Origin: Hyaloraphidium curvatum SAG 235-1
Taxonomy: Eukaryota > Fungi > Monoblepharomycota
Assembly: GCA_025558095.1 (NCBI GenBank)
Contig: JAIVFI010000016.1
Span: 434,001 to 498,000 of the forward strand
Length of the DNA: 64,000 nt
Reading direction: 5' to 3'
A program made the translations under genes and the position numbers. The notes below the pieces were generated by a model. It was not told where the DNA came from, ran no database searches, and worked only from the letters and a program-made list of their open reading frames with translations. Positions 1-13,337 of the stretch are shown here, one piece after another (positions within the stretch are counted from its first letter, which is position 1; each line of letters begins with the position of its first letter).

Positions 1-997
1 CATAGGCGTCGATCGGTGTCCGGCTCACCCCGTGACCGCGTGCAGCCCCTTGCATCGACGCCGACGGTCCACGAAGTCGCAGGCTACATGCCGGGGCGCA
101 TGGAGTTTGAGCACGAGGCGGAGAACGAGGCCGAGGGTCCCGTCAAGGACATGGTGTTTGACGACCCCGTGGACGGCGACGAGGAGCTCAAGCTGGCCGT
201 GCTGGACATTTACAACGACAAGCTCGCGATACGCGACGAGAGGAAGGCGCTGATCTTCGAGAGGGGCTTGCTGGACTTCAAAAAGATACAGACGCAGGAG
301 CGCCGACGGTCAAAGGAGGAGAAGGACATGATGTTCCGCTTCAGGGCGTTTGCGCGGATGATGACCAAGGAGGACTTTGAGTTTGCGGAGCGGAACTTTA
401 CCAGTGGGGTTGACGGCATTCGAAGGGTTACTCCGCTGACCGACCTCTTGCTTGGCAGCCGAGATCGAGCTTCGCAACCGCATTGCCCAGCTGCAGGAGT
501 GGCGGAGGATGGGCGTGACCACCGCTGCGCAGGGGCTGCAGTACGAGAAGGAGAAGGGTCTTCGGCAGCAGCAGCGGGGCAACGCGGGCTCCCTCATCAG
601 CTCACGCATGCCTCCTCGCCCCATAATTGCCACGCCGGACCTGGGCCAGTTCACCCCGCGCGCCTCTCCCACACCTTCGGCTGTGCTCGCGGCGACCGCT
701 GCCGGCCACAACCGCAGCCGGCCGGCGCCTGCCGCCCTGGACCTCGCCAACGCCGAGGGCCTGGAGCTTCTCTCGGAATCCGAGGTCTCGCTGTGCTCGA
801 TGCTCCGCATCATGCCGCACGCGTACCTCGCCATCAAGGACAAGATGATTTCCGAGTGCCAGCGCCTGCAGGGGCTGCGGAAGCGCCAGGCGAGGGAGCT
901 CATCAAGATCGACGTCAACAAAACGTCGCGGTTGTGGGACTTTTTCCTCGAGAGCCGGTGGATTTACCTGCCGAAAGAGGATTTGGTTCCGACGTAG
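1..997 (+). CDS. ADA2: Transcriptional adapter 2 (SAGA subunit), 5'-partial
   Basis: GYMPGRMEFEHE..NEAE, KLAVLDIYN..L..R..RK and a C-terminal SWIRM domain (LLSESEVSLCSMLRIMPHAYLAIK...IKIDVNKTSRLWDFF). GT-AG intron 404-458 joins the two ORF frames. Confidence 0.93.
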
Positions 998-1164
998 CCG
1001 GACTTGGGGGACACATGCGGGAGGGCAGCCGTATGGCTTATTCTTGAACATGGCGGACGCGAGGGAGGGGCTAGGGCACAGTGTAGCTACGGACACGGCA
1101 TCAATGGACGATTTCTGGCGATTTCGGACGGGGTATGGCCGTGGGATGGGGCAGGTACTCGGCA

Positions 1165-1971
1165 TTAAATGCTTCTGCGGACCTCAAAGAACCGCTTGAG
1201 GTAGTAGACCTGCCACAAGCAGACCGCAGTGAGGGTTGCCGACTCGAAGAGAGACCACCACATGACGCGCGAGTTGGTGGACTCGGCAGCTGCAGGGAGT
1301 GGTGTCAATGGTTGCCCACACAAGCCCTGTCGCTCGAGAAACTCACTGGCCTGGTGCGTCCTTTCGCGGGCCATCATGTAGGCCTGCTCGTCGCGGATCG
1401 ACCGGAGCCCGTCGGCCAGCATGCGGATTTCCGATTCCAGCGGAGTCACGGCTGGGGATGCGGAGTGAGTCCGGGCCGTCAAGACGACATTCGGGCAAGC
1501 CCACCGTCCGTGTTGTCTGCCTGCTCCATTTTCATCGAGATCGTGCTGCGCTCGTCCGGGCCCATGACGGAGAACGCGACGGTCTTGTCGCTGACCGACG
1601 ACATCTGGTTGCTGAAGCAGTACGTGTACTTGCCGTCAGTCTCGGCCACCACGCCGTACGTGGCCGTCGATTGCCGAAACACCGAGTACAGCAGCCGGTC
1701 GTCCGGCGAGGACACCTGCAGGGAGCAGTCGGCGTCGGTGCCACGGCCATGTTCCGGGTGAACGCGGCACACCCACCCAAAAGTCGATGTCCAAGCTCCC
1801 GCCGGAGCCGACCTCGAAGCTCAGGTCCAACCGGTCGCCGCGATCCAGCTTGTCCCAGAAGCACTGCTTCTCCTGCGGCCGCAGCTTTATCGAAAACGTC
1901 GAGAACGCGTCGCCGACGCGCGCGAGCCCGAGGAGCGCGGCCGCGAGGAGGGCCAACGCGGCAAAACGCAT
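1165..1971 (-). CDS. EMP24: p24/EMP24 GOLD-domain cargo receptor
   Basis: Signal peptide MRFAALALL, EKQCF, GKYTYCFSNQMS, AESTNSRVMWWS and C-terminal YLKRFFEVRRSI. Three short introns. Confidence 0.92.
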
Positions 1972-2127
1972 GGCCGGCGAGGAATGTGCGCCGCCAGCGC
2001 GTCGCTGGCGTCGCGCTTCCATGGGGCGGGACAACGGTGAACAGGCCTCGTTTGACTGCCACGAGGATGCGCGCACTCTCATCATGCACGCCCGCCTCAA
2101 GTCTTCACATCGATTGATGGAGGAGTT

Positions 2128-4626
2128 TCAAGCCACATGACTGCTACGACTTGGCGGAAGCTCCTTCGGCAGCGCTGGCTGCTTCGTTGGGACGATCCGG
2201 TCGGCTGCTTCACCCATCTGCAGCAACGGAATGAGTCCGATCTTGAGATCCACTTCGCCGATCGCGTCAATCAGGGCCACCGTTTCCGGTGCCAGGTGAC
2301 TCCATTTCTCTCCCTTCAGCCGCGAGATGGCGTGGCCGAGCCCATCCCTGAGTTCGGCGTACTGCTGCATGCTGCGGCACGCGAATGGGACTTCCGCCAC
2401 TGAATGGCCGACAATCGAGAAGTTTGAAATGGTGCAGGCATCATGGTCCTTCCACGCCAGCAGGCGCGACGACCTCAAGATCTTCCATGAGCGGTACTGG
2501 GGGCCCGACCCCGGCTGCGCCGCCGGGAGGACAGTGGGAGTGTCCGTGAGGCTCTTCAGGTAGGTCTCAAGCACAAAGTCCGTCGCCCGATCACGCTCCA
2601 TGCGCTGCCTGTGACGCACGGCGAAGCCGCCGAGGAACCCTGCACGCTTATCCTCGCCGCTCGAGATGTACGACTCCATCAGCTCTGCGATCGCGACATC
2701 CGACATGTTCCTTTCGAACCGCGACCAGTCCGTGTCGCGCAGGCACCTGCGCAGGTGGAACCGAACCAGAGAGGCGATCCTTGTTTCGATCGTTTCCAGG
2801 GCCGAACTTCCAGAAGCGGATTGCAGAGCAGCTTGACGGAAACCTTGCGGAGCTTGCTGAAGCAAGCGGTGAAACAGCCGAACAGCAGAAAGATGGAGCG
2901 GAGAGCTGCCGGGCGAATACATGGGTAGGAACGGATGCAGGTCCGTGGAGATGGGGAAGCCGGTGCCGATTTCCCAGAGGTCGCAGATCATCTCGTCGAC
3001 AAGGATCGAGACGGGCGCAAGGCGGAATGTCCGCAGCTCGTCGAGCAGCATCTGCCGTGGCAGCGGGGAGTGAGCGCAACGATGCGCACAGCACTCACGA
3101 ACTCCTACCTCGCCATTTGTACCGATCTGGGTTGCGAGCAGCCCTCGCAGGTGGTGTAGACCAAGGCAACCGGTCCCTGCGAACGAAAGTCTCAGTGCCT
3201 CCCCGCTCAACCCAAGGTCGGCCGCGCGGTGCAGCTCAAGTTCTGGCAACCAGCGTTCCTCCGTAACAGGTTCCGCTTTCCTGCTCTCCAGGTCCCTGTG
3301 CCAAGTCTCAAGCAGGGCCCGCGCTTCCGGATAACTGCCAGCGTCCGTGTGCCGAACGATTGCAGAACCGATCCCCGTCTCATCGAACAGCCGTACATCG
3401 AGGAAGACGGGGCTCTGAATCAGACGCATGGTCTCTACCACAAACGATGCGATCCATGGCAGCGAAAGCAACGCCGCAGAGTTCCGCAGCACCTCGTCTT
3501 TGCGAGCTTCCAGCACCGGTCGGAGAGCTCCAGAGGTCGCCATGCGTGCAAGGAGACGGATAAGGGTACCAGCTGCTCGCTGCCACTGAGGCGCTTGCGA
3601 AAGATGTTCGACAAGCTTATGAGACTCGGCGATCGCGGTCTCCAGGTGGGTCGCAACATCACGACATGCCAGGAGCGCCAGAATGGTTTGGCAACTGTAG
3701 GCGAGGGTCTCGGGTTCGAAGGGACAGCCGCCCGTGCAAGTCAGGTCCAGCAAAGCGCGAAAGCCGCCTCTGATTCGAAAGTGCTCGACCGTATCGGCCT
3801 CCCGTTGGCAAGCTTGGAGGGCGAGCAAAGCTCTTCGTGCCTGTATTCCGCGCCTGTGAAGGCCTCCGCGATCCACGTCATCCACGATCCCTTGATCGTT
3901 CTTCGCGGAACACCGCAGGGCATCGATGAGGAGCTCGGCTTCAACGTCGGGCGGAGGGCACAAGAGCAGGTGGTCGCCTTCCTTGAGCTGTTGGATGTTC
4001 TGCGGCCGGCGAGAGCGGATTCAGACATGAAGCCGTTCTGTCCCATGAGTCGATCTTCCACCAACCGATCGATCCAGCAGCGGTCGCTCCGCGACGACGG
4101 GAGATTCGAGATCCATGCGGGCTCCATCGAGATCCAGCGTGCCGTTCGGTAGCATTCGGAGGCGCATGTCGGCAAGATCGACGAGGCTTCTCCTTCCGAG
4201 CGCGAGGGAGGCAATGAGCTTGTCCGTGGCCTCGTCCGGCTCCCGGCTCAACGAGCTCCAAGCAAAAGTGCTCGATGTAATGCTTCTCGTAACGTCCACT
4301 TTGCCAGGGATCCCGCTTGGAAAGCTCCGTCCGATGAGCTCCTTGAGCGCGTCCACACCGCGTGCCGCATAGGCGGCGACGGGGAAGTCCACCACTTTGG
4401 ACGGCCAGGGCGGCAAGTGCACATTCACGCGTACTGTTCCTTCTCCTGACGCGCGACCGTGGATAAGGGGCGCCGGGAACGACTGGAGCCGTCGCAGATG
4501 GAGGCCGCCCGGCGAGCTTGAGGAGCGCGAATAGCCGGACGAAACGGAAGGCCGCGGGAGGCCAAGGCCGACCGCCGCATTTCCACGCGTCGGGCTCGAA
4601 TTCGTTCGCGTGAGCGGCGTCTTCAT
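2128..4626 (-). CDS. Hypothetical protein, helical/ARM-like
   Basis: ORFs 4021-4737 and 2128-3963 are joined by a GT-AG intron (LLDRS|NIQQLKEGDHLLLC). The body is long, Leu-rich and helical; no family recognised. Confidence 0.6.
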
Positions 4627-4745
4627 GCTTCGTGAGCGGTTCTCGTCTGTTTCACCGATGCGGTGACTCACCCAACGCTTGATCGGCTTCCGACATGAAA
4701 CAAGAATCAAAAGCTTGAAGCATCTATCTGGTATCAACAGGGAGC

Positions 4746-5890
4746 TTACAAGTCGCTCAATTCCTTGATCGCCCTCGAACAGGTGCTTATGGCGTCGACG
4801 AGCCGGCAGGATTCGTCTAGAGCGCTCGTGTCGCCCATCGGGAGAGGCTGTTCCGCGATGAAAAGCGACAGCGAAGCCAGCCTCGCATTGAGGACATCCA
4901 GATGGTTCGTCAGCGCCTCCCGTGTCGCGCCAGGCGCGGCCGCCTGGCGCATGCTGCCCGGTGCGGGAGGCGAAACGGGGCCGGCGGTGGCGTGCTGCAC
5001 GTCGGAGCGGAGGCGTTTCGCGTCAGGCTGGGCAAAGATCCAGAACACCGCAAGTCAAAGCGACGGCCGGACACCAACCTGCGCAAGCCCGTCCGAAGAA
5101 GCCCGGCGCTTCGACGGCGAAAGCGCGGCCGACGACGCCGCGGCGGCCGGCGGTTCCCGAGCCTCGACGGGTAAAGGAGGCTGTTCTGCCGGCACGTCCG
5201 CTTGCGGCGCCGGCTGGGAAGACTCTGCAGGGTATAGCGTCTCGCAAATGACGCAGAGCTTCTCGCGTTGCCGGTTCCGGATCAGTGGGATCCCGATACA
5301 GTCCGGATTGGTGCACGTGTCGCCGAGCAGCGCCCAGCCGGAAAGCATGCGCTGCCCTATGAGCCGAGCTGCGCGGTCGCTCTGTTCCCTGGCCCGCGTG
5401 GTATCGTACGAAGCAGGTTCGTTCATGTCCTCGTCCGCTCCGCCTTCTTCTGCGTCTCGGGACTCGGGCGCACGCTCCACCGGAACCTCGGCTTCCCCTG
5501 AACGGGCATAACGGTCATGGGCGGTAGCGGACGGGGGTAAACGGGCCCACCTCTCGCTTCGCTCCGCAGCCTCTGCTGGACCGCACCGATCTCCGCCTCC
5601 AACGCGTCCTCTTCGGTCCTCTCGATTCGTGCCGGCGCAGGCGCGCCGCGTCCCGCAGCAGCAGCCGCCAGCGTCTCGCCCGAGTCCCACGCGCTTGCCC
5701 CGGGGGGCACCGGGGCACACAGCGCGCAGAACGCGAACGCCCCGTCCTTCGACCGCATGAGCGGCACCTCGCACCGCGCGCCCCCGCCGCGCGGCCGCCC
5801 GCACTCCGTGTCCGTCATGACCCAGCCGCCCAGGAGGTAGCGGCCCAGCTCTCGGATCGCGCGCTGCTGCCGCGCGTCCTCGTCCTCCAT
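4746..5890 (-). CDS. SSSCA1/ZNRD2 (autoantigen p27)-like protein with two Zn-ribbon domains
   Basis: Two motifs: LGRYLLGGWVMTDTEC...CEVPLMRSK..FCALC and IGQRMLSGWALLGDTC..C.GIPLIRNR..LCVIC. C-terminal helical region; introns present. Confidence 0.82.
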
Positions 5891-6134
5891 GGCCGCGGCG
5901 GCGCGCTCCACCGGTATTCCCATCATATGGAGAAAAGGAGCGGCCCGTCCGACGCCGGGAAACACGGCAGCGAGACCGAATGGAAGTGCGGTGAACACTG
6001 GTCTCGTCGCGAGCGCTGGCGTGGTCGCGATCAACATTGGAAGGCCCGTGCCTCTCCCATTGCCAAGCAGCCTTACACTCCGAATCCCGGACAAAGGACA
6101 CGGTTCGATTTAGCACAGAGCAGCCGGAGACGCG

Positions 6135-7222
6135 ATGGGTCGGTTCCCGTCTCGCAGCGGCCCCGGCGAGCCCTGACCCCCCCCCCCCCCCCGTTTCCAG
6201 ACTTCCAGAACCGCGCGGGCTCCAAGCCCGGGTCCGGAGGCGTGGCAGGATGGTCCGAGTCGAACGTGGATCGGAGGGAGCGGCTTCGGAAGCTGGCGTT
6301 GGAGACGATAGACCTGGCCAAGGATCCCTACGTGGGCTCGGAACCGCTGCGCAGTTGCGGGACGCTGCTGATTGCTCCCGGTGCCGGTGGGCGTCTTTGC
6401 CCCGAAATGGCACGCCATGCGGTGGCTCTAGTTCATGAAGAACCACCTGGGGAGCTACGAGTGCAAGCTGTGGGTCCCTGCGCGACCAGGAACCGCGGAC
6501 GAGGACTGAAGCACCGTTGCTTTCCAGCTGCCTCACGCTCCACAGCAACGAGGGCTCCTACCTTGCGCACACGCAGGGCAAGAAGCACCAGACCAACCTC
6601 GCCCGCCGCGCGGCCAAGGAGGCCCAGGACCGCGAGCTCAAGGGCGGCGGCCCGCTGCTGCTCGAGATGGCGCGCAAGGTGCCGGCCATCATGCCCAAGA
6701 AGAACGCGGTCAAGATCGGCCGGCCCGGGTACAAGATCACCAAGATCCGGGACCCGCTGACGAAGCAGATGGGGATGCTGTTCCAGGTCATGTACCCCGA
6801 GATCGGGGAGGGGGTCAAGCCGCGGCACCGGTTCATGAGCGCGTACGAGCAGAAGGTCGAGGCGCCAAACAGGGCGTACCAGTACCTGATTTTTGCAGCG
6901 GAGCCGTACGAGAACGTGTCATTCAAGCTGCAGAGCCGGGAGGTGGACAACTCGGAGGGGCGCTTCTGGACGCACTGGGACCCCGGTGGGTCTGCGGCTG
7001 AGGTGGCGTCGTCGAATTGAAGAAGTTGATTTGGTGGCGACAGATTCCAAGACCTTCTCGCTGCAGTTCCTGTACCGCGCGGAGCCGCGGCCGGGGGTCG
7101 GCGGCTTCGGACCTTCCCCGTACCAGAACCTCGCGCCGCCGATGATGCGGCCCCCGATGGCATTGCCGGGGAATCCGCTGAACCCTTTCGTGCCCAACGC
7201 GCCGTCGCCGTATGGACAGTGA
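6135..7222 (+). CDS. SF3A2: Splicing factor 3A subunit 2 (SAP62/Prp11)
   Basis: MDFQNRAGSK..DRRERLRKLALETIDLAKDPYFMKNHLGSYECKLCLTLHSNEGSYLAHTQGKKHQ. Introns at 6139-6200, 6332-6431, 6470-6527 and 6986-7043. Confidence 0.97.
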
Positions 7223-7411
7223 CGGGCGTGCCGGGTTAAGGACTGATACCCGCCGAGGTTGCGATAGATACCCCTTTGTCTCATGGCACTGAACGTTCAA
7301 TGCACCACTACCCACGGACCCGGACGCCAGCAATGCCACAAAAACCCCGCCGCCCGCCGCGCAAAGTCTCGGAAGAGTCCTTTATCGGTGGGAGGTATTG
7401 TACACGGCCGA

Positions 7412-8107
7412 TTACGCAGCGTTCTTCGGAGCGTCCGTGGCCTTGATCTTCTTCCCGTCCTGCAAGCAACGGAGGTGAGCATGGACCTCGCCACGAGTCG
7501 GCGTGCTCGGAACGCACCTTGAACCTCGGGCGAGCGGGCGGCGCGCGGTTCTTCCGGCCCTCGCGCGAGCGCACACGCACGACGTGGGAGTGGATGGCGC
7601 ACGAGACGCAGTACTGCATCTTGATGTACAGCTTGGGCAGTGCGTACTCTGACATACGGACCCGTGTGAGCAGAGGCGAGGCGGAGAGCTCCCCGGCAGT
7701 AACCCACCGGCAAAGACCGAGGCCTCCGAGATATCCCTGACGGCGGCCTGCTCCACGATGTTCCTGATCACGAAGCGCTTGATGGCCTTGTCCTTGGGGA
7801 CGCAGCGCGCGCAGTTTGAGCAGCGCACGGCGACGACGTGCCCGCGCCCGCTCTTGTTGCGTCCGCCATTCCGCCGCTTCTTGGTCTGCGCGGACGGCGG
7901 AGAGATGGTCACAGGCTGTCCCCTCCAAGCAGTGGCCCGCCCGCTGCCCGCAGCCGTCTCCCGTCCGCAGCCGACGCGCGCCCGACCCGGTCGACCCCCG
8001 CACCTCCGCGCCGGGCCGCAGCAGCCCTCCGGTCCCCGTTCCGCACATCGCACCCTCCCGCACCGCAGTCTGCCGGCCCCCGTGGCCCTCAGGCCAACAC
8101 GCACCAT
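7412..8107 (-). CDS. RPS26: 40S ribosomal protein S26 (eS26)
   Basis: M|[35 protein letters not shown]...YCVSCAIHS. The first coding exon is ATG only, followed by intron 7886-8104. Confidence 0.97.
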   Translation of the reverse strand: MVRVGLRATGAGRLRCGRVRCAERGPEGCCGPARRCGGRPGRARVGCGRETAAGSGRATAWRGQPVTISPPSAQTKKRRNGGRNKSGRGHVVAVRCSNCARCVPKDKAIKRFVIRNIVEQAAVRDISEASVFAGGLLPGSSPPRLCSHGSVCQSTHCPSCTSRCSTASRAPSTPTSCVCARARAGRTARRPLARGSRCVPSTPTRGEVHAHLRCLQDGKKIKATDAPKNAA

Positions 8108-8240
8108 CTTGGTCAAGGAGTTCCGAGGTGGTGTGTGCAAGGGCTTGCACTTTGTTTGGGGCCCGAACTCAAGTCGGGGTTTGGCAACCCAAGGAGGCGC
8201 CGCGGGACCGGGGACCCGACACTCCCAAACAGCCGCTCTC

Positions 8241-10931
8241 ATGGGCGGCACCGGCAGCGGGGGCGCGGCGGGACAGGCGGCGGGCGAAGATCGCGCCCCG
8301 CGCCCCGCCGCAAAGCCGCTGAAGCGGTCGCTGCACGGCGCAGGCCGCCCCGCCGCCGCCATGGACGTCGACCCCGCGCCCGCGCGCCTGCCCTCCACGC
8401 CCACAGCCCGCCTCAAGTACGCCGTGCACGGCTTCTCGTCGTACGCCGCCGCATACCACCCGCGCCACATCCTGCACAACAAGCCCGGCGACCAGTCGTC
8501 GCGCTGGGCCTCGGCCACAAACAACCACAACCAGTTCGTCACCGTGCGGCTGGACCGCATGGCCGTGGTGCAGACAATCACCTTCGGCAAGTTCCACAAG
8601 CCGCACGTGTGCAACCTGAAGGAGTTCAAGGTCTACGGCGGCGTGTCGCCAGAGGGCATGGTCGAGCTGCTGCATGGCGGCCTGCGCAACGACCCGGAGC
8701 CGGAGACCTTCTCGCTCAAGCACAAGGTCGACGACGTGGTGTTCCCGTGCCAGTTCATCAAGATCGTGCCGCTGGTGTCGCACGGCGGCAACTTCAACTT
8801 CTCCATCTGGTACCTGGAGCTGCGCGGGATCGCCAACCCTGACATCGTCAAGGCGTGCCACACGCAGTGGATCAGCGTTGGTGCTTTGTGCCGCGGTGTT
8901 TCCGGCCGGGCCCGTGACGCGCGCCCGCCCGCAGCACCGCGAGAACCAGCTCTACCGCCTCTGCCTCAAGCACTTCCGGCAGCGCAACTTCCTCGAGGCC
9001 TTCGGCGCGCTGCAGTCGGCCACGCAGCTGCAGCTCGAGGACCCCATGCTGACGGAGCTGCACCGGCGCCTGGTCATCGGCGGCGACTTTGTGGGGGCCG
9101 AGGAGCTCATCGTCAAGGCCAGCGAGAAGAACATCTTCCGGGACTGGATCGTGAGCAGCCCGTACCAGCCAATGTGGAAGAAGGTCCACCCCGCCGGTGG
9201 GTGTCGCGGTCATCTTTGGAAGGGGCGGGACGGGTTTGGACGGTTTTGCCCCGCAGGGCCGGACGCACCGTGCCAACGCGGAGGCCACCAGATGTGCATC
9301 GACGTCAACGAGAGCAAGCTGTACCTCTTTGGCGGCTTCGACGGCCAGCGTGATCTCGCGGACCTCTGGATGTTTGACATTGCTTCCCAACGCTGGACCT
9401 GCCTGTGTCCCAACACCGAAGCGTGAGTACTGAGCTCGCCGTGCCTCGAGGGAGCGCCGTCCAAATACCTCCTCGCCCAGCGTTGGCGGACCGTCCGCAC
9501 GCGCCGTGCACAAGATGGTCTACGACCAGGCGACCCAGCAGCTCTACGTGCTCGGCCGATATGTCGTGCCGGACGCCAACTCGTCCTGGGATTGCGATTT
9601 CTGGCGGTACGACGTGCTGACGGGCCAGTGGTTCCTGATCAGCGAGAACACAAAGGTGGGATCTGCTTGTCCTTTCCGTTGCCGCGCTTTTGACGGTGCC
9701 CTGCAGAACGAGGGCGGCCCGGAGCTCATCCACGACCACCAGATGGTGATTGACTCGGAGAACCAGATGATCTACCTCTTCGGGGGCAAGATCCAGGGCC
9801 CGAGCCTGGCCTCGGACACGCGCTACTCCGGGTTCTACTCGTACGACATCACAAACAACCACTGGACCCTCGTCTTTGACGACGACTCCCTCGGCGACGG
9901 CCAGGTGCAGCTCAAGGGCCGCAGCGGGCACTCGATGCTCTTCGACCCGGGCATGCGCGAGATCTACATCTTCGCCGGTCAGCGCCAGAAGGAGTGCCTG
10001 GCCGACATCTACGTGTACGACATCGACAACGGGGTCGTGCACGAGGTCACGCGGGACTTTTTCAAGCAGGGCGGGCCGGACCCCGGCTTCACGGACCGGT
10101 CGACGATCGACCAGTCCGCGGGGGAGATCTACGTGCTCACGGGCCTGCTCAAGGAAAAGACCACGTCCGAGGAGGTGGTCAAGAGCTCCTTCTGGGTGTA
10201 CAACATGCACAAGGAGGCCTGGACAAAGGTGTACCAGAACGACAACATGGGGCCCGAGACGTGGACGGTCGCGCAGGACACGGAGCCGTGCCCGCGGTAC
10301 GCGCACCAGATGGCGTACGACCCCGTGCGCAAGTGCCAGCTGCTGTTTGGCGGCAACCCGGGCGATCCCGTCAACACCAGCGCCCGCTTGGACGACCTGT
10401 GGGAGCTCTGGCTGTTGCGGTGGGTCTGCGGTCGGCAACACCTCCTGTGGAGAGGCCTCACCTTTCGTGCCGCAGACCAACGATGGCGGACATTGTGCGG
10501 AGATGCCGCTTCTACATCCGGCGCCAGCACTTCCGGGAGCTCTGTTCGTCCAAGGACTCGTTCAAGGCCCTGCGCTACCTGCAGACGGAGATGAACGAGG
10601 TCGTGGACCACACGAACGAGGAAGAGGCGCGCGAGTTCCAGGAGCTCACGCAGCACCTTTTCGCCTCGCCGGCCGGCGCGGGCGAGAGCGGCGCGGGGGG
10701 GATGATCGGGGCCTCGAAGGACAAGGGGAGGCGCAGGGTCGGGCAGCCCGTGGAGAAGGAAGGTGCGTGGCTGCTCCCGCTGGATACATCCTGTCGTTCG
10801 CTCAAGGCATTGATGCAGATCCGACCGCGGAAGCGCACCGGGAACGGACGGAGCTCTACGAGAAGCTGTTAGAATTTTTCCCGCCGAGCATGAAAGAACC
10901 GCAGGAGCACCTGCTGGATCTCCTGCCGTGA
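8241..10931 (+). CDS. MKLN1: Muskelin (discoidin, LisH/CTLH, kelch repeats)
   Basis: [32 protein letters not shown], kelch repeats (RGGHQM, LIHDHQM, GRSGHSM, PRYAHQM) and C-terminal [12 protein letters not shown]. About 6 introns; the start may be 8361. Confidence 0.93.
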
Positions 10932-11020
10932 CAAACGATTGAGATTTATTGCTTCTGTCGTCGGGATACCCTCCGAATACTGTACATAGACGGAAAAGAA
11001 CGGATAGGCTCGATCACTCG

Positions 11021-12934
11021 CTAGTGTGTACCGTTGATCCCGTTTGCCGTCCCCGCTGGCAGAACCTCCTGTCCGAGGAAGGTCGCGACGAACGAAGCGA
11101 CGGGTCCGCCGTTTGCCTTGCCGAGGCTCAGGCCGCCTTTTGGCTTGTCCTCGCACGCCCCCGCCACGTCGCAGTGCACGAAAGCGAGAGGCTTCTCGGA
11201 ACTCCTGCCGTGATTCCTCAGGCCCGAAGCAACCGCGAGGAAAGCAGCTGGGTACTGGTGACCGCGTAAAGTGAGTGTGGACGGCTGACTGTTGGCTTGA
11301 ACGACGTCTTCGGTGCTGCTCGTCGGGGCGATGAACTTTGGGGGTGGATCCAGATGAGCGAGATCGGGCAGCGACACCGACCAAGAAGGAACCCACGTCA
11401 TAGTCTTCCCGCCGGATAGTGCTGGTTTCCCACGGATCACCCAAAACAAGCCCGGTGTCCGAAATGCGAGCGGCGATCGGAACCGCGGGTGCGGTGACGG
11501 GCACTAAAGCAGGGTACCCTCCGTAGGCCCTCACCACGTGGCCGGTGAGCGTGGCAACGGTAAAGAAGCGAGCCGTTGCCGGATTCACGGTCGCGAGGGC
11601 CTCCTCCTTGAGCGCGGCGAGAGGGTCTGTGAGCACCATGCGTCCCTCTGCATCCGTGTTGCCGACGTGCACGCGGACGCCAGCGCGCGACTGAATGATC
11701 TCGTCGCACGTGTACATATCCGCCCCGACACTGTTGCGGACAAAGGCCTGGAGGAGGGGGGGTAAGTGGGCGGATGAGTGATAGGGGCCGGAGGAGCCGA
11801 TGAGTGGTGATCAACTGAAAACATGACGAGCACCTCACCAAGTACGCGGTCGCGTTGATCGTCTTGGGCTGCAGAATCCCGATCGAGCACAGGATGCCTG
11901 CAACGACTCCGGCTCCGCCCTTGTCCCTCGACATCCCGCGCATGGCGCCCCCAACCTTGATACTGTGGTTAAGGGGAAGCATCAGTGCCAGGACGGACTC
12001 AAGCACCAGTCGGTTCTCACTCAGCTCCCCCGGTATCAAACGCGATCCCTTTTCCGACGAAAAAGAGGTTCTCCTTGACCAGGCTCTGGTCCGGCGAGCG
12101 ATACTCGAGCCGGACGACGGCTGGGGCGTGTGCGCCGCCGGCTGCGGCCAAGCTCGCGCGTGCAACGGCGTAGAGCAGGGGGTACTCCTTGGCCAAGACC
12201 TCCGGATCCTCCTGTACGGAAATCTTGACCGACGGGACGTCGGACAGGTGTGCCTTGACGATCTCGACGCACTTCTTCGGCAGCCCGCGGATCGGATCCG
12301 TCATGCAGATGTCCCGCGAGAGGTAACGGCCCCGTTCAGTGGCAGCGATCCACTTGCTGACAGCGTTCAGATCGGAGTCGGATCTATCGGTGACGAAGCC
12401 AACGGCCTTGACGGGGCTCGGCGCAAATTTGCCGCCCGCGGCAGCAAACTCGCGAGCCTGAAGCGGATCGTACAGCTCCTGCAATGCTCCGAGCACGGCG
12501 ACCTCCGCAGCATGCTGGTAGAGCTTGTCTCCCGCGGGCACGTCGGGACACACCAGCAGCGGCTTGGACGCGCCAATCGCGCGAATCTTGGCGAACGCTG
12601 CCTTGGCAGCATCTCCGTACCGGCGAGCATCGTCGACATCAGCGGTAAGACTGCCGACAGGCGCGAGCACGATGCGCTTCCCGGGGGCCGCGGTGGAGTA
12701 AATGACAGCAGCCGGAGCAATGCCGGCTCCTCCAGGGTTCACGGCCAACACATTCTCCAGGTCTGAGCTCACATCCGCAAGAGCAGAGGAGGTAGCAGAT
12801 TTGGTCTTGGCGGCAGAAGCTACACCTTCCAGTGAAGCGTAAAGAACGACCAAAGCATCGTGATCGGCCGAAGAGAGTGCCGCCGACAAGGAAGCCGGAT
12901 TGACGGCCACAACGGAGGGCAGAGCAGCCGCCAT
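11021..12934 (-). CDS. M17 cytosol (leucyl) aminopeptidase family protein
   Basis: VGKGIAFDTGGADIK, MSRDKGGA, GNTDAEGR and HCDVAG. Three introns. Confidence 0.92.
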
Positions 12935-13337
12935 CGGGATCAGCACTATCTCAACGCGGCACTCCGCTTCGGGGCGTCGGAGATGGATGCGCGATCGACG
13001 TTTGGCTGCTGATCGACGTCGCGTGATCGGAGTGACACCGACAAGGGCCTCGCGCCGTAGGCCAAGCGCGAGCTGATGCCCTGACCCACGGAGGAGCGCC
13101 TGCGCAGCCTCGAGGAACAGCTCGCCCGACCGACACGGCGAGGTGCAGCGCGGGCGCGATGCGGCCATTGAGGGCAAATTATGGCCTCCAGTACTCTCCG
13201 GCATCTCTCTCGTCATTCGTGCTCTCTTTCGGGACGCTCTCGGTCGGTTGCGGGATCGCGGTGCGTAGTCGCGTCACCCGGAAGAAGCTGTCTCGACTGA
13301 CAGGGTCGCCTCAAAGGCCTGGTACGCGCTAAGCAAT

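Noticed and set aside
6177-6192. Poly-C run
   Set aside because: It lies within SF3A2 intron 1 as part of the pyrimidine tract; no further significance is evident.
7886-8104. Long RPS26 first intron as a possible snoRNA host; ATG-only first exon
   Set aside because: No box C/D pair or H/ACA structure was recognised, and an intron right after the ATG is common in ribosomal protein genes.
8241-10931. Muskelin in a fungus as a novelty
   Set aside because: Muskelin is an ancestral opisthokont gene already known from some non-yeast fungi.
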